From an uncultured euryarchaeote (GTDB lineage Archaea > Thermoplasmatota > Poseidoniia > Poseidoniales > Poseidoniaceae), in NCBI GenBank assembly GCA_963981035.1, contig CAXCCF010000005.1, forward strand, positions 2,056-66,055: DNA of 64,000 bases. Reading direction: 5' to 3'. Shown piece by piece: positions 27,227 to 35,936 of the stretch; position 1 is the stretch's first letter; every line of letters starts with the position of its first letter. Made by a program: the position numbers and the translations under genes. The notes beneath the pieces were generated by a model. It was not told the origin of the DNA, made no database searches, and worked only from the letters and a program-made list of their open reading frames with translations.

Positions 27227-27898
27227 ATGTACTCTTCAGATAACCCTTCTCAATCCTCTGCCGCTTGCCCAGGATGGTTGATGACCGCTGTTGCTCCTTG
27301 GGGAGAAAACGAGGAAGATGCGTTTGACCAAGGATTGGTTGAATTGGGATTGGGTGATGCACGATTAATCCAAGTAAAAGGTGCGATGTTACCCTTAGGG
27401 TTTGAAGCAACAGCGCCGCAATCACTGCCAATGGGGTCCTTAGTAGAGTGTCATTTGGCGACATCATTTGCTTGGAGTGGAGCCAGTGCATGCGCTGGAG
27501 TAGCATGGGCTTCTTGTAAAACACCTGAAGGTGATGAATGTGCAATTGTTGCAACGATTTCAACCAACTTGGATTATGACGAAACATCATTATTGCTAAG
27601 GCGTAATTTACAAAGAAGATTAGCAAGTAGGGATTTAGAAGTTATTACTTTTGACTTAGCGGTTGATGAAGTTACTGCAGCTGGAGACCATCATGGAGTG
27701 GCAATGGCTGCACTGATATTACCGAATTCATTATCACTTGGAGCAAATACTGCTACTGGCCCAATTAGAGGTGGATTAACTCGTCAAGCATCAGATTCTG
27801 CAGTTAATCGTGTAGAGGTAAAGGCTCCAGCAGCACCTGCAATGAGACCTGGAGGTAGAAGGTCTGGTGGTGCAGGTGACACAGATTTCTCAATCTAA
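27227..27898 (+). CDS. Pyruvoyl-dependent arginine decarboxylase (PdaD)-like protein lacking the Ser-Ser self-cleavage site
   Basis: DAFDQGLVELGLGDARLIQVKGAMLPL...LPMGSLVE aligns, from memory, with PdaD [26 protein letters not shown]...LPMGALVP. The SS site is replaced by KG. There is an extra Gly/Arg-rich C-terminal ~70 aa. The start is uncertain, since the track ORF opens at 27185. Confidence 0.45.
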   Translation: MYSSDNPSQSSAACPGWLMTAVAPWGENEEDAFDQGLVELGLGDARLIQVKGAMLPLGFEATAPQSLPMGSLVECHLATSFAWSGASACAGVAWASCKTPEGDECAIVATISTNLDYDETSLLLRRNLQRRLASRDLEVITFDLAVDEVTAAGDHHGVAMAALILPNSLSLGANTATGPIRGGLTRQASDSAVNRVEVKAPAAPAMRPGGRRSGGAGDTDFSI

Positions 27899-27926
27899 AT
27901 TAATAAAGACTTGATTAGGATTGAGA

Positions 27927-28367
27927 ATGATGACGAAGAAACAATGGGTCGTTGTTCGCTGTAATGCATGTAGGATTTGCCACGGTTCAAATGGCCATTA
28001 CAAAAAATGCCCGCATTGTGGTAATAAAATTGGTGAAACTGCAGAAATTGTAGCGACAGTAAATTCCGATGCAGAATTGAGAATGGAAGTAGCAATTGCA
28101 AACACTCCCGCTGAATTGAGAGATACTTTGAGAGATAAGTTGAGGTCGACTGATAAACTCGTTTCTCATTCAGAGCCACAGGCATTCAAGATGGCAAAGT
28201 GGGTACAACAATCGGCTGATGAAAACGGCGAAATTACATTACAGAGACTATCTTCATTGATCGCAACAAAAAATAGCGACATTGCTGCAGAAGATTTGAT
28301 TTCTATGGCAGAAACACAGGGCATGCTGCTTCGAATAAGTGAAAACCGCTGGACTCTCCTTGAGTGA
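27927..28367 (+). CDS. Zinc-ribbon protein with C-terminal winged-helix-like domain (conserved archaeal hypothetical)
   Basis: The CxxC-N15-CxxC unit is RCNACRICHGSNGHYKKCPHCGNKI. The C-terminus GEITLQRLSSLI...MAETQGMLLRISENRWTLL is wHTH-like. The track ORF starts at TTG 27921. Confidence 0.5.
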   Translation: MMTKKQWVVVRCNACRICHGSNGHYKKCPHCGNKIGETAEIVATVNSDAELRMEVAIANTPAELRDTLRDKLRSTDKLVSHSEPQAFKMAKWVQQSADENGEITLQRLSSLIATKNSDIAAEDLISMAETQGMLLRISENRWTLLE

Positions 28368-28401
28368 AGTTCATATGGTAAAGGCCGTGGCAATGAACCA
28401 A

Positions 28402-28476
28402 GGGCGTATGGGTTAGTTTGGCCTATACTCGGGCGTTTGGGACGCTTGGACCCAAGTTCAAATCTTGGTACGCCCA
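28402..28476 (+). tRNA. tRNA-Pro (anticodon UGG)
   Basis: Folded by hand. The acceptor is GGGCGTA/TACGCCC. The anticodon stem is GGGCG/CGCTT with loop TTTGGGA. The T arm is CCAAG-TTCAAAT-CTTGG and the discriminator is A. The D stem is weak. No CCA is encoded. Confidence 0.85.
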
Positions 28477-28514
28477 CTTCTTTGCTCAACTAGGGCTTTG
28501 CATTGATAATTTCA

Positions 28515-28871
28515 TCAATCATCATTGGGCAGTGTGATTGAATGAACCCAAATAATGTGATATCCAAATTGCGTCTTGATAAATCTTCGAGGCACACTTT
28601 CCGGTTGCATAGACCAAACTTCTTCTTCAAAATCTTGAACCATTTGACCTTCAATAAATTCTCCTAAGTCTCCTTTTTTAGAACCGCTTGGACATGTCGA
28701 ATATTGCTTGGCCAATTTTTTGAAGATCTTAAGGGGTTTTTTTGCATCTTGGATTGCCTCCAAACATAATTTTGCATCAGGCTTATTGCCAACCAAAATA
28801 TGCCGTACATGAGCGAATCTCGGTTTTTTCCTTCTATCATGTCTACGCATTGAAATCTCTCCTTGCAGCAT
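28515..28871 (-). CDS. Parvulin-type peptidyl-prolyl cis-trans isomerase (PpiC family)
   Basis: Motifs VRHILV, LAKQYSTCPSGSKKGDLGEF, MVQDFEEEVW and KTQFGYHIIWV are present. Confidence 0.85.
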   Translation of the reverse strand: MLQGEISMRRHDRRKKPRFAHVRHILVGNKPDAKLCLEAIQDAKKPLKIFKKLAKQYSTCPSGSKKGDLGEFIEGQMVQDFEEEVWSMQPESVPRRFIKTQFGYHIIWVHSITLPNDD

Positions 28872-29826
28872 TATCTGCTTTGCTAATTGAGTTGATATTC
28901 CTCAGTTGTTGTTTGACGACTACAGCCCTCCTATCAAAAATGTGCGCACAGAACCATGCAAAGAAGACGATAATGAATACCGACACACCTCGTTGCACCA
29001 GTTCCCTTTCTAAATCAGTTGAGATGCCAGGAATAATTGCTATCCATCCAATAAAATATGAAATAAATGCAAAAATTGTATGTGGAGTTACCTTGAATGA
29101 AAATAGCCAAAATAAGTTTCTAGCATGATGTTCTATAGTCATCATAATACCGACTTTGATGAAGAATGAAATATTGTTTATTCCAGAAATTTCATCCCCA
29201 TATATTGCACGAACTGGGTGATGTGCTATTTTCCAGCCATGTTTTGCTAACTGAATAATCCAAAAATTTGGATATCCGTAGCCGCTCCAAGATTTTTCCC
29301 AGTCCCAACTGCGTAGCACCTTGTCACTTGTTGCAGTATATCCACACTGCGAATCGGATATTGTTTGACCCGCCGCCAATGTAGTGAAAAATGACAATAA
29401 CACTGTTGCTAGTCTGCGAATTAGAGGCATACTGCGCAAACCATCAGAATGGTTTGAACGGTCACCTTTGGCATATTCAGCCTTGCCTGAAATGACGCAA
29501 GTCACCAAACCCTCGAGATCATCAGGGTCCATCTGGCCATCTCCAGCCATCACCGCACTAACAAATTTTGAATCAGCAAATATTTCTAGTAATTTTTGAT
29601 GACCAGAATCAATTGCCTTTCCAACACCTAAACCATCCAGTTTTACAATAGACAATTCAGCTGAGCAATGCGTTGAAAGTGCAATCTTTTCAGTATCGTC
29701 CTCAGACCCATCATCAACGACCACCACATGGTCTACAAAGGAAGGAATTGTTGATAGAACCTGCCCAATATGCTTGGACTCATTGCGCGCAGGAATCACA
29801 ACGCCTATGCCCCGCCCCTGCAACAT
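28843..29826 (-). CDS. Family 2 glycosyltransferase with C-terminal transmembrane helices (dolichyl-phosphate sugar synthase-like)
   Basis: Motifs VVIPARNESKHIGQVL and VVVVDDGSEDDT and the DGQMDPDD acidic motif are present, followed by 3-4 C-terminal TM helices. Confidence 0.85.
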   Translation of the reverse strand: MLQGRGIGVVIPARNESKHIGQVLSTIPSFVDHVVVVDDGSEDDTEKIALSTHCSAELSIVKLDGLGVGKAIDSGHQKLLEIFADSKFVSAVMAGDGQMDPDDLEGLVTCVISGKAEYAKGDRSNHSDGLRSMPLIRRLATVLLSFFTTLAAGQTISDSQCGYTATSDKVLRSWDWEKSWSGYGYPNFWIIQLAKHGWKIAHHPVRAIYGDEISGINNISFFIKVGIMMTIEHHARNLFWLFSFKVTPHTIFAFISYFIGWIAIIPGISTDLERELVQRGVSVFIIVFFAWFCAHIFDRRAVVVKQQLRNINSISKADNAARRDFNA

Positions 29827-29892
29827 GAATTATCGTGAGGCTATTCATTGAAGAACTAATCCCACAACCTTGCAACCGTACCGAATAAAAAT

Positions 29893-30792
29893 GTGAAGAA
29901 TCAACTATGTGTATTGTTTTTTGAGAGAGAATTGATAGAGGAAGAAATATGCAGAGGTTTCGTGAGCGACGAGTTACGTGTGATATTGATGGGTCGCGAT
30001 ATTGAATTGCGAGTCATTTCCCTTATCGTACGTTGCCGCGCAATTTCTGATGAGGTTATATTCCTAGATTTAGGTTCTAACGATGAAACTATTGAATTGG
30101 CATCTGAGATTAATTGCCCCGTATTAAATTATAATGGAAAGATGGAAACATCTAGCGTAGTCAATTATTTGGCAAATTGTACGTTGAAAGAAATTGCAAC
30201 TACATTAATGATTCATGTCACACCAAATTGGAAATTACGAGATTTACCATTGACAGTAAATAGGGCACGTGATAATTGGGACGTCCATATTTCTGTTGAT
30301 GAATTAGGCGATGAGCAAATTGTACCTGAAGAAGTAGTATTGTCAAGTATAGGATTTAACCATCTGGTTGTTACACCCGCTGGTATTCGTGCTTTATGCG
30401 ATATTGGGCCGCTTGCTAATGCAATGGATTTACCAGAAAACATACGCTTTAGAGTTGTAAATTCACATTCACAAGTAAGAGTGCCACAACAAGAATCACT
30501 TGCAACTGCAAGTCGTTTTGCTCAATTATTCTATTGGATGCTAGAATCTAAGCATCCACTGTTCTTATTTGGAATACCTGGGATTGTATTATTTGTATTA
30601 GGGTATAAATTGTCAGGTAATGTTGTCGATACATTTGATGAGTTAAACTCAACTTCTATTGGAGTCACATTATCTGTTATTGCTATGACAATGATTGGAT
30701 TATTCGCAATGATGGTAGCAATAATTCTCTACATTATGGGCAAACAAGCAGAGCAAATACAATCGCAATATGATTGGAAGAACAGGGAATGA
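29893..30792 (+). CDS. GT2-like membrane protein with degenerate N-terminal nucleotide-binding motifs
   Basis: ISLIVRCRAISDEVIFLDLGSNDETIELASEINCPVL resembles a GT-A fold start but lacks the NE/DDxS consensus. Two C-terminal TM helices are present. The start is GTG and uncertain. Confidence 0.4.
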   Translation: MKNQLCVLFFERELIEEEICRGFVSDELRVILMGRDIELRVISLIVRCRAISDEVIFLDLGSNDETIELASEINCPVLNYNGKMETSSVVNYLANCTLKEIATTLMIHVTPNWKLRDLPLTVNRARDNWDVHISVDELGDEQIVPEEVVLSSIGFNHLVVTPAGIRALCDIGPLANAMDLPENIRFRVVNSHSQVRVPQQESLATASRFAQLFYWMLESKHPLFLFGIPGIVLFVLGYKLSGNVVDTFDELNSTSIGVTLSVIAMTMIGLFAMMVAIILYIMGKQAEQIQSQYDWKNRE

Positions 30793-30816
30793 TTTCCTAA
30801 ATGAGTGGGTGATGAA

Positions 30817-31581
30817 ATGAAAGATTACACTGGTTTGGTTTGCCTTGATATGGATCGAGTATTGGTTGACCATCTCTCAACTTGGCAATTTGTTTATGAT
30901 CAGTTGGGAGTGAATAATGATGAATCCTTTGAACTTTATAATCAAGGATTACTGAATGAATGGGATTGGATCAAGTTAGATATTGCTCTGCTCAAAGGCA
31001 GTAGGAGTGAATTAGAAAATCCATTGACCGATTCTGAAATGCGCGGCCATTTATTGGGAGTCCCAATGATGAAAAATTATAAGAAATTAATTGCAACACT
31101 AATTGAAAAAGGATTCGCAGTCGCTATTGTAAGTGGTGGCTTACAACAAACTGCACGGGATATTGCAGCTCAATTCCCTAGTGAGCAGAAATGGAAAAAA
31201 CGTTGGGGAGGAATTGACCGCCATACCAGTAATCGACTTAGTTCAGGTTTTGATACTAAACTGCATGTTTTTACCAATGGATGGCTAGTTGGCAAAATGT
31301 TGCCAAGTGGTGAGTATTTGTTAGACGACTTTGGGCGTTATCAGGTACAAATGAATGGAAAAGGTGCGGTTGTAAAAATGCTGCAGAGGAGATTAGGAAT
31401 TAGCAAAGAGAGAACGGCTTCGGTAGGTGATTCTGCTGGCGATATTGGAATGTTTTCACAATCATCATTAGCGATATGCTTCAATCCATGGGATGATAAG
31501 CCAAAGCAACATGCTGATGTTGTCGTAGAAGAAAAAGACCTTGCAATCGTATTAGAATTAATAACAAATGCAATAAATTAA
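30817..31581 (+). CDS. HAD-superfamily hydrolase (SerB/HAD-IB-like)
   Basis: Motif I is VCLDMDRVLVD, motif II is IVSGGL and motif IV is VGDSAGDIGMF. Confidence 0.7.
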   Translation: MKDYTGLVCLDMDRVLVDHLSTWQFVYDQLGVNNDESFELYNQGLLNEWDWIKLDIALLKGSRSELENPLTDSEMRGHLLGVPMMKNYKKLIATLIEKGFAVAIVSGGLQQTARDIAAQFPSEQKWKKRWGGIDRHTSNRLSSGFDTKLHVFTNGWLVGKMLPSGEYLLDDFGRYQVQMNGKGAVVKMLQRRLGISKERTASVGDSAGDIGMFSQSSLAICFNPWDDKPKQHADVVVEEKDLAIVLELITNAIN

Positions 31582-31630
31582 GGGGTTTTTGGGCAACAAT
31601 TGATAATATTGTCCTCTAATAGCAGTTACC

Positions 31631-31744
31631 ATGAATGGTATTGATGACAGTTTTATTTCTTCTTTCTGCCCGCATTGTGGATTTATGCTTGGGGAGTTTA
31701 TTCCTGGGTTACCATGCCCGCATTGCGGAGAACCACTAATTTGA
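31631..31744 (+). CDS. 37-aa CPxCG zinc-ribbon mini-protein (below the ORF-track length cutoff)
   Basis: My own translation is MNGIDDSFISSFCPHCGFMLGEFIPGLPCPHCGEPLI. An AT-rich TATA-like GATAATATT lies about 20 nt upstream of the ATG, compatible with a leaderless transcript. The minus-strand track ORF 31558-31749 looks like its shadow. Confidence 0.45.
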   Translation: MNGIDDSFISSFCPHCGFMLGEFIPGLPCPHCGEPLI

Positions 31745-31745
31745 T

Positions 31746-33077
31746 TCAAGGCGAAACTCTTCTTGAATCTCTTGGAAACGGGATCACTTCTCTAATGTGA
31801 TCTGCACCAGTTAACCATGAGCAAACTCTGTCAACACCCAGTCCAAAGCCACCATGAGGTACGCCTCCATAAGAACGAGTATCTATGTAAAATTGGTAAG
31901 CCTCCCTATCAGTTCCTTCTTCATCAAGGCGAGCAAGTAACTCTTCTTCAGACCAAGTTCTTTCGCCACCACCAATAATTTCACCATATCCTTCAGGTGC
32001 TAACAAGTCGTGACATAGAACATATTTGTCTTCATCAGGGTCAACTCTGTGATAGAATGGCTTTGCAATCTTAGGATAGTGAGTTAGGAAATGAGGGACT
32101 TCAAAGTCCTGAGTCAATACCTTCTCCTTTGAATAATCTAGGTCTTGGCCCCATTCAATATCTACGCCCATTCCTTGCAATGTTTCAACCGCTTCATCAT
32201 ATCTCATTCGAGGATATGGATTATCGGCATATCTTGCTACTAAGTCTAGATCACGTCCAATGCTTTCTAGTTCATCAGAACGATGTTCAATGAGGTCACT
32301 TGCAATCTTTCTAACAACTCCTTCACCATGAGACATTATCTCATTATTTGTCGCCCACGCAACTTCCATTTCAGCATGCCAAAATTCAGTTAAGTGTCTT
32401 CTAGTACGTGATTTTTCTGCACGGAATGATGGCGCTATTGTGTACAACCTTTCTAGGGCTGGCATTGCTGCTTCAGCATATAGTTGCCATGATTGAGTCA
32501 GATATACTTTCCTTCCAAAGTATGGTACTTCAAACAAAGTAGAACCACCTTCTACAGCACCTGCTACAAAGTTAGGTGCTTGATACTCGGTGAAGTCAAG
32601 GTCTCTAAAATAATTATGAATTGCACCAAATACTGTGCTGCGAACCTGTAACATCGTCGTCATACGAGATGTTCGAAGGTATAGGTGGCGGTTATCGAGT
32701 AAAAATTCAGTTTCTCCTCCATCAGCAGCCTGCATTGCAGATTCAGTAATCGGGAATGGTTTTTCTGGGTTTACACTACCGACAATAGCAACAGAAGTAG
32801 CAACCATTTCGTGGCCGCCATCTGCCCTTTCATCGACATTTATCATTCCGGTGATAATTATTGAAGATTCGATAAGTGCTCCCTTTGCATCTTCAAAAGA
32901 GTCGTCTCCTACAGCATCTCTTTTGACAACACACTGAATCACCCCAGTGGAATCTCGTAATACTATGAATCTGATTTTGTTGGATCCACGGCTACGCTTC
33001 ACCCACCCCATCAATTCAACCTCTTGTCCGTCATAATTTCCGGCTTGGACATCGCCGATAAAGATGGTCTTCACCAT
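31746..33077 (-). CDS. asnS: Class IIb aminoacyl-tRNA synthetase, asparaginyl-type (AsnRS; AspRS not excluded)
   Basis: The OB-fold N-terminus is VELMGWVKRSRGSNKIRFIVLRDSTGVIQCV. Motif 2 is FRAEKSRTRRHLTEFWHAEMEVAW, which is AsnRS-like. Motif 3 is GGFGLGVDRVCSWLTG...FPRD. The start is taken at MVKTIF, whereas the track ORF extends to 33170. Confidence 0.8.
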   Translation of the reverse strand: MVKTIFIGDVQAGNYDGQEVELMGWVKRSRGSNKIRFIVLRDSTGVIQCVVKRDAVGDDSFEDAKGALIESSIIITGMINVDERADGGHEMVATSVAIVGSVNPEKPFPITESAMQAADGGETEFLLDNRHLYLRTSRMTTMLQVRSTVFGAIHNYFRDLDFTEYQAPNFVAGAVEGGSTLFEVPYFGRKVYLTQSWQLYAEAAMPALERLYTIAPSFRAEKSRTRRHLTEFWHAEMEVAWATNNEIMSHGEGVVRKIASDLIEHRSDELESIGRDLDLVARYADNPYPRMRYDEAVETLQGMGVDIEWGQDLDYSKEKVLTQDFEVPHFLTHYPKIAKPFYHRVDPDEDKYVLCHDLLAPEGYGEIIGGGERTWSEEELLARLDEEGTDREAYQFYIDTRSYGGVPHGGFGLGVDRVCSWLTGADHIREVIPFPRDSRRVSP

Positions 33078-33222
33078 ATTCGCACCGGCTCTTCCTACAT
33101 CGCATCGTAATTCAAGTTCACCCCAATGATTTCTCAATGGTAATTGAAAAACAGTGCAAGAATTAGTCAATAACTCATCATCTATGGCAAAGTGTCAATA
33201 CTGAGTATTGTGGATTAATGAC

Positions 33223-34131
33223 ATGCGACAAATTGCGGTTTATGCTATCGGAGGCAATGCACTATCATCTCCGTCAGGAGAAAATATGCAACAGAGTTCG
33301 CAAGTTCTTGCTAATGTGATGAGCGACGTCATCGACCTACTTGAAGGGGGGTGGGGAGTTATCCTAACGCATGGAAATGGACCTCAAGTCGGACATTTGC
33401 TGGCATTAGATGTTGAACAAGACCAAGAAATGGATAGTTGGGTTGCAGCAACACAAGGAATGATTGGTCATTCATTGTCAATCAATCTAGACTCTATTCT
33501 AATGAGAAGAAGAAGACCAGAAAGAACGGCTGTAGTATTGACTAGAGTAGAGGTTAATGGCGCAGATAAAGGATTTCAGTTTCCTACCAAACCAGTTGGA
33601 CCAGTACTGAAAAGTGAAGTGGTAATGAGCGCAGATTGGGACATTGCTGAAACTATCGTAGGTCCAAGAAGAGTTGTTGCCAGCCCACTGCCAATGCGAG
33701 TATTAGACCTTCAAGTAATTCAAAAATTAGTTGAACTAAAGGCGGTTGTTATTTGTGGTGGAGGCGGTGGTATTCCAGTTGTTAAGAAAGACAATCACTA
33801 TGTCGGCGTACCTGCAGTTATCGACAAAGACCGCCTATCATCGCTGTTAGCAATTGAATTACAGGCGGATGCGTTGATTATTTCAACAGCCATTGATTGT
33901 GTCAAAACAGGATTTGGTAGTGATGAAGAAGTTAGCCATAATTCGTTAACGATTGATCAATGTGAGAAATTTATGGAGGAAAATGAATTTCCAGTAGGTT
34001 CAATGGGTCCAAAAATTGGAAGTTTGATGGAAGCAGCACTGCACAATCCGAAATGTAAGGCAATATTATGCCAACCTGGTGATGCAATGAAGGCACTTCG
34101 CGGAGAAGCAGGTACCACGATACATCAATGA
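33223..34131 (+). CDS. arcC: Carbamate kinase
   Basis: Motifs AVYAIGGNAL, ILTHGNGPQVG, VICGGGGGIPV and VIDKD are present. Confidence 0.9.
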   Translation: MRQIAVYAIGGNALSSPSGENMQQSSQVLANVMSDVIDLLEGGWGVILTHGNGPQVGHLLALDVEQDQEMDSWVAATQGMIGHSLSINLDSILMRRRRPERTAVVLTRVEVNGADKGFQFPTKPVGPVLKSEVVMSADWDIAETIVGPRRVVASPLPMRVLDLQVIQKLVELKAVVICGGGGGIPVVKKDNHYVGVPAVIDKDRLSSLLAIELQADALIISTAIDCVKTGFGSDEEVSHNSLTIDQCEKFMEENEFPVGSMGPKIGSLMEAALHNPKCKAILCQPGDAMKALRGEAGTTIHQ

Positions 34132-34198
34132 GTTTAGTTTCAAAAATGAAAAATTTTGCAAGCGTATCTTCAATAAGCGAATCGTCTTAGCCCATCTA

Positions 34199-34648
34199 AT
34201 GACTAACGAGTTACCAACAATTGAAGCCGAAGCACACTGTGATGGACCATGCGGTGTCTATGACCCCGCAAGCGCAAGAATCGCTGCGGAAGCAGTGCAA
34301 TCAATGACAAATAAAATGCTTACATTAGAGTGCCCAGATACTTCTGATGCACCTGCAATGGCAGCATACCTAAACACAATGAGCCGATACGCAGCTATCA
34401 AAGAAGAAGAAGGCCACAAGTGTAAATCTGAATTACTAGTACTGTGGACTGATTTCTTCAAGCCTGTTCACCTAGAAGCAAATCCAAACTTACACGATAC
34501 TTTTTGGAAGGCTGCAAAATTATGTTCTGCTTGCAAAGTTGAAGTTTCAGCAGTTCACGCTCAAGAATTAATGGATGCAATTGAAGAAATCCACAATATG
34601 TTTTGGGCAGTAAAGGGTAGAGAAGTCGCTTGGGTTCGTGCATCCTGA
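34199..34648 (+). CDS. sodN: Nickel-containing superoxide dismutase precursor
   Basis: A 12-aa leader is followed by the Ni-hook HCDGPCGVYDPA. VLWTDFFKP matches the Streptomyces NiSOD VLWSDYFKP as I remember it. Confidence 0.9.
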   Translation: MTNELPTIEAEAHCDGPCGVYDPASARIAAEAVQSMTNKMLTLECPDTSDAPAMAAYLNTMSRYAAIKEEEGHKCKSELLVLWTDFFKPVHLEANPNLHDTFWKAAKLCSACKVEVSAVHAQELMDAIEEIHNMFWAVKGREVAWVRAS

Positions 34649-34668
34649 ATAATTAATGAGGATTAGAG

Positions 34669-34959
34669 ATGTCTGATTTCCACGTAATAATTCGTGGCGA
34701 TTCAATGTGGCCAACATTTTCCGATGGCGAAAAAGTGAAGGCCAGTGAACTTAGTGAGGAAGAACTGACAATTGGTGATATCGTTGTTTGTAAACACCCG
34801 TTTAAATCTAAAGTAATCATTGTGAAAAGGATAAATCAAATCCTTGCCAATAACCAATTATTTCTTCAGGGTGATAATCCCGATCCATTGTCGAGTGAAG
34901 ATTCGCATAATTTTGGACCAGTAAATGTAAATTTGATAATTGGCATAATAAAAAATTGA
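34669..34959 (+). CDS. sodX: NiSOD maturation protease (S26/S24 signal-peptidase-like, SodX)
   Basis: Motifs IRGDSMWPTF (catalytic Ser), IVKRI (Lys), GDNPDPLSSEDSHNFGPV are present. It lies immediately downstream of sodN, with GAGGA upstream of its ATG. Confidence 0.85.
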   Translation: MSDFHVIIRGDSMWPTFSDGEKVKASELSEEELTIGDIVVCKHPFKSKVIIVKRINQILANNQLFLQGDNPDPLSSEDSHNFGPVNVNLIIGIIKN

Positions 34960-34990
34960 ACAAATATCACTACTATTTGCTGAAAGTAGG

Positions 34991-35064
34991 CGGGCCTGAC
35001 GGGGTTCGAACCCGCGACCGACGGATTAAGAGTCCGTCGCTCTACCTGACTAAGCTACAGGCCC
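34991..35064 (-). tRNA. tRNA-Lys (anticodon CUU)
   Basis: Folded by hand from the reverse complement GGGCCTGTAGCTTAGTCAGGTAGAGCGACGGACTCTTAATCCGTCGGTCGCGGGTTCGAACCCCGTCAGGCCCG. All four arms are canonical and the anticodon loop is CTCTTAA. No CCA is encoded. Confidence 0.92.
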
Positions 35065-35085
35065 ATCCCGCCCTCTTGCAACCCG

Positions 35086-35092
35086 TATTTAA
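35086..35092 (-). promoter_or_regulatory. TATA-box-like element for tRNA-Lys
   Basis: TTAAATA on the minus strand lies 22-28 nt upstream of the tRNA 5' end, which is the expected archaeal spacing. Confidence 0.45.
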
Positions 35093-35132
35093 CCATTGAC
35101 GGTGTTATTTGTTTACTGGTGTAAGAGTTTAA

Positions 35133-35864
35133 TCAAGCAAGTCTTCCAACTTGATTGATATGAGTTTCTACGCCATTGGCGCCAGCTAAAACAACAGCAT
35201 CACACATATTGTTGAATAAACCAACTTGAACCACACCTGCAATGTTTAGAATATCTGATTCCATTTTCACTGGATTGGTAATGCTAGGTCCACAATGCGC
35301 ATCAGCGATTAAGTTTCCATTATCGGTGACCACAGGGTTATCTCCTGCCATTCTGCAATTGACTCTGCAATCAAGTAATCTACCTAAGGCACGAATTGTG
35401 GCACTGCTTGAAAAAGGAGTGATTTCAATTGGAAGAGGAAATGCTCCAAGAGTATCAACTCTCTTTCTATCATCCGCAACTACTACCATTGCTGAAGATT
35501 CTTGGACAACAATTTTTTCTCTCAATAAGGCAGCACCTCCGCCCTTGATCAGTTGGAAATCAGGGTCATATTCATCCGCTCCATCGATAACGAGGTCCAA
35601 TCCATCAATACTGGATAATTCAACTAGTGGTATTCCAACTTCTAGAGCCAGTTTTTCAGTTGCAAGAGACGTAGGTACGCCAACGATTTCTAAACCCTCT
35701 TCAGAAATCATTCGCCCTAATTCAATTACAGTATGTTTTACAGTTGAGCCAGTTCCGAGTCCAACTTTCATACCAGTTCTTACGAATGAGCATGCTGCAA
35801 TCCCCGCCTCTTTCTTCAGTTGCTCTACATCTGCCATGGACAGTGGGTATTGAGTGTAGTTCAT
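35133..35864 (-). CDS. rpiA: Ribose-5-phosphate isomerase A
   Basis: Motifs GLGTGSTV, VIDGADE and KGGGAALLREKIV are present. Confidence 0.95.
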   Translation of the reverse strand: MNYTQYPLSMADVEQLKKEAGIAACSFVRTGMKVGLGTGSTVKHTVIELGRMISEEGLEIVGVPTSLATEKLALEVGIPLVELSSIDGLDLVIDGADEYDPDFQLIKGGGAALLREKIVVQESSAMVVVADDRKRVDTLGAFPLPIEITPFSSSATIRALGRLLDCRVNCRMAGDNPVVTDNGNLIADAHCGPSITNPVKMESDILNIAGVVQVGLFNNMCDAVVLAGANGVETHINQVGRLA

Positions 35865-35936
35865 GATGCTTTTCGCAATGTCAATGCGGTTATGAACGAA
35901 ATGATGTCAAAAGTCTTTTCAGTCTAGTATTGATGT

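Noticed and set aside
28166-28489. 107-aa minus-strand ORF
   Set aside because: It overlaps the 3' end of the zinc-ribbon gene and the whole tRNA-Pro gene. The tRNA fold explains the sequence better.
31558-31749. 63-aa minus-strand ORF from the track
   Set aside because: It has no start context or motifs. The opposite strand encodes a double CPHCG zinc-ribbon peptide, which is a far less likely chance pattern.
35242-35853. 203-aa plus-strand ORF
   Set aside because: It is entirely antisense to rpiA, which has unmistakable family motifs. The product is Ser/Pro/Thr-rich and low in complexity.
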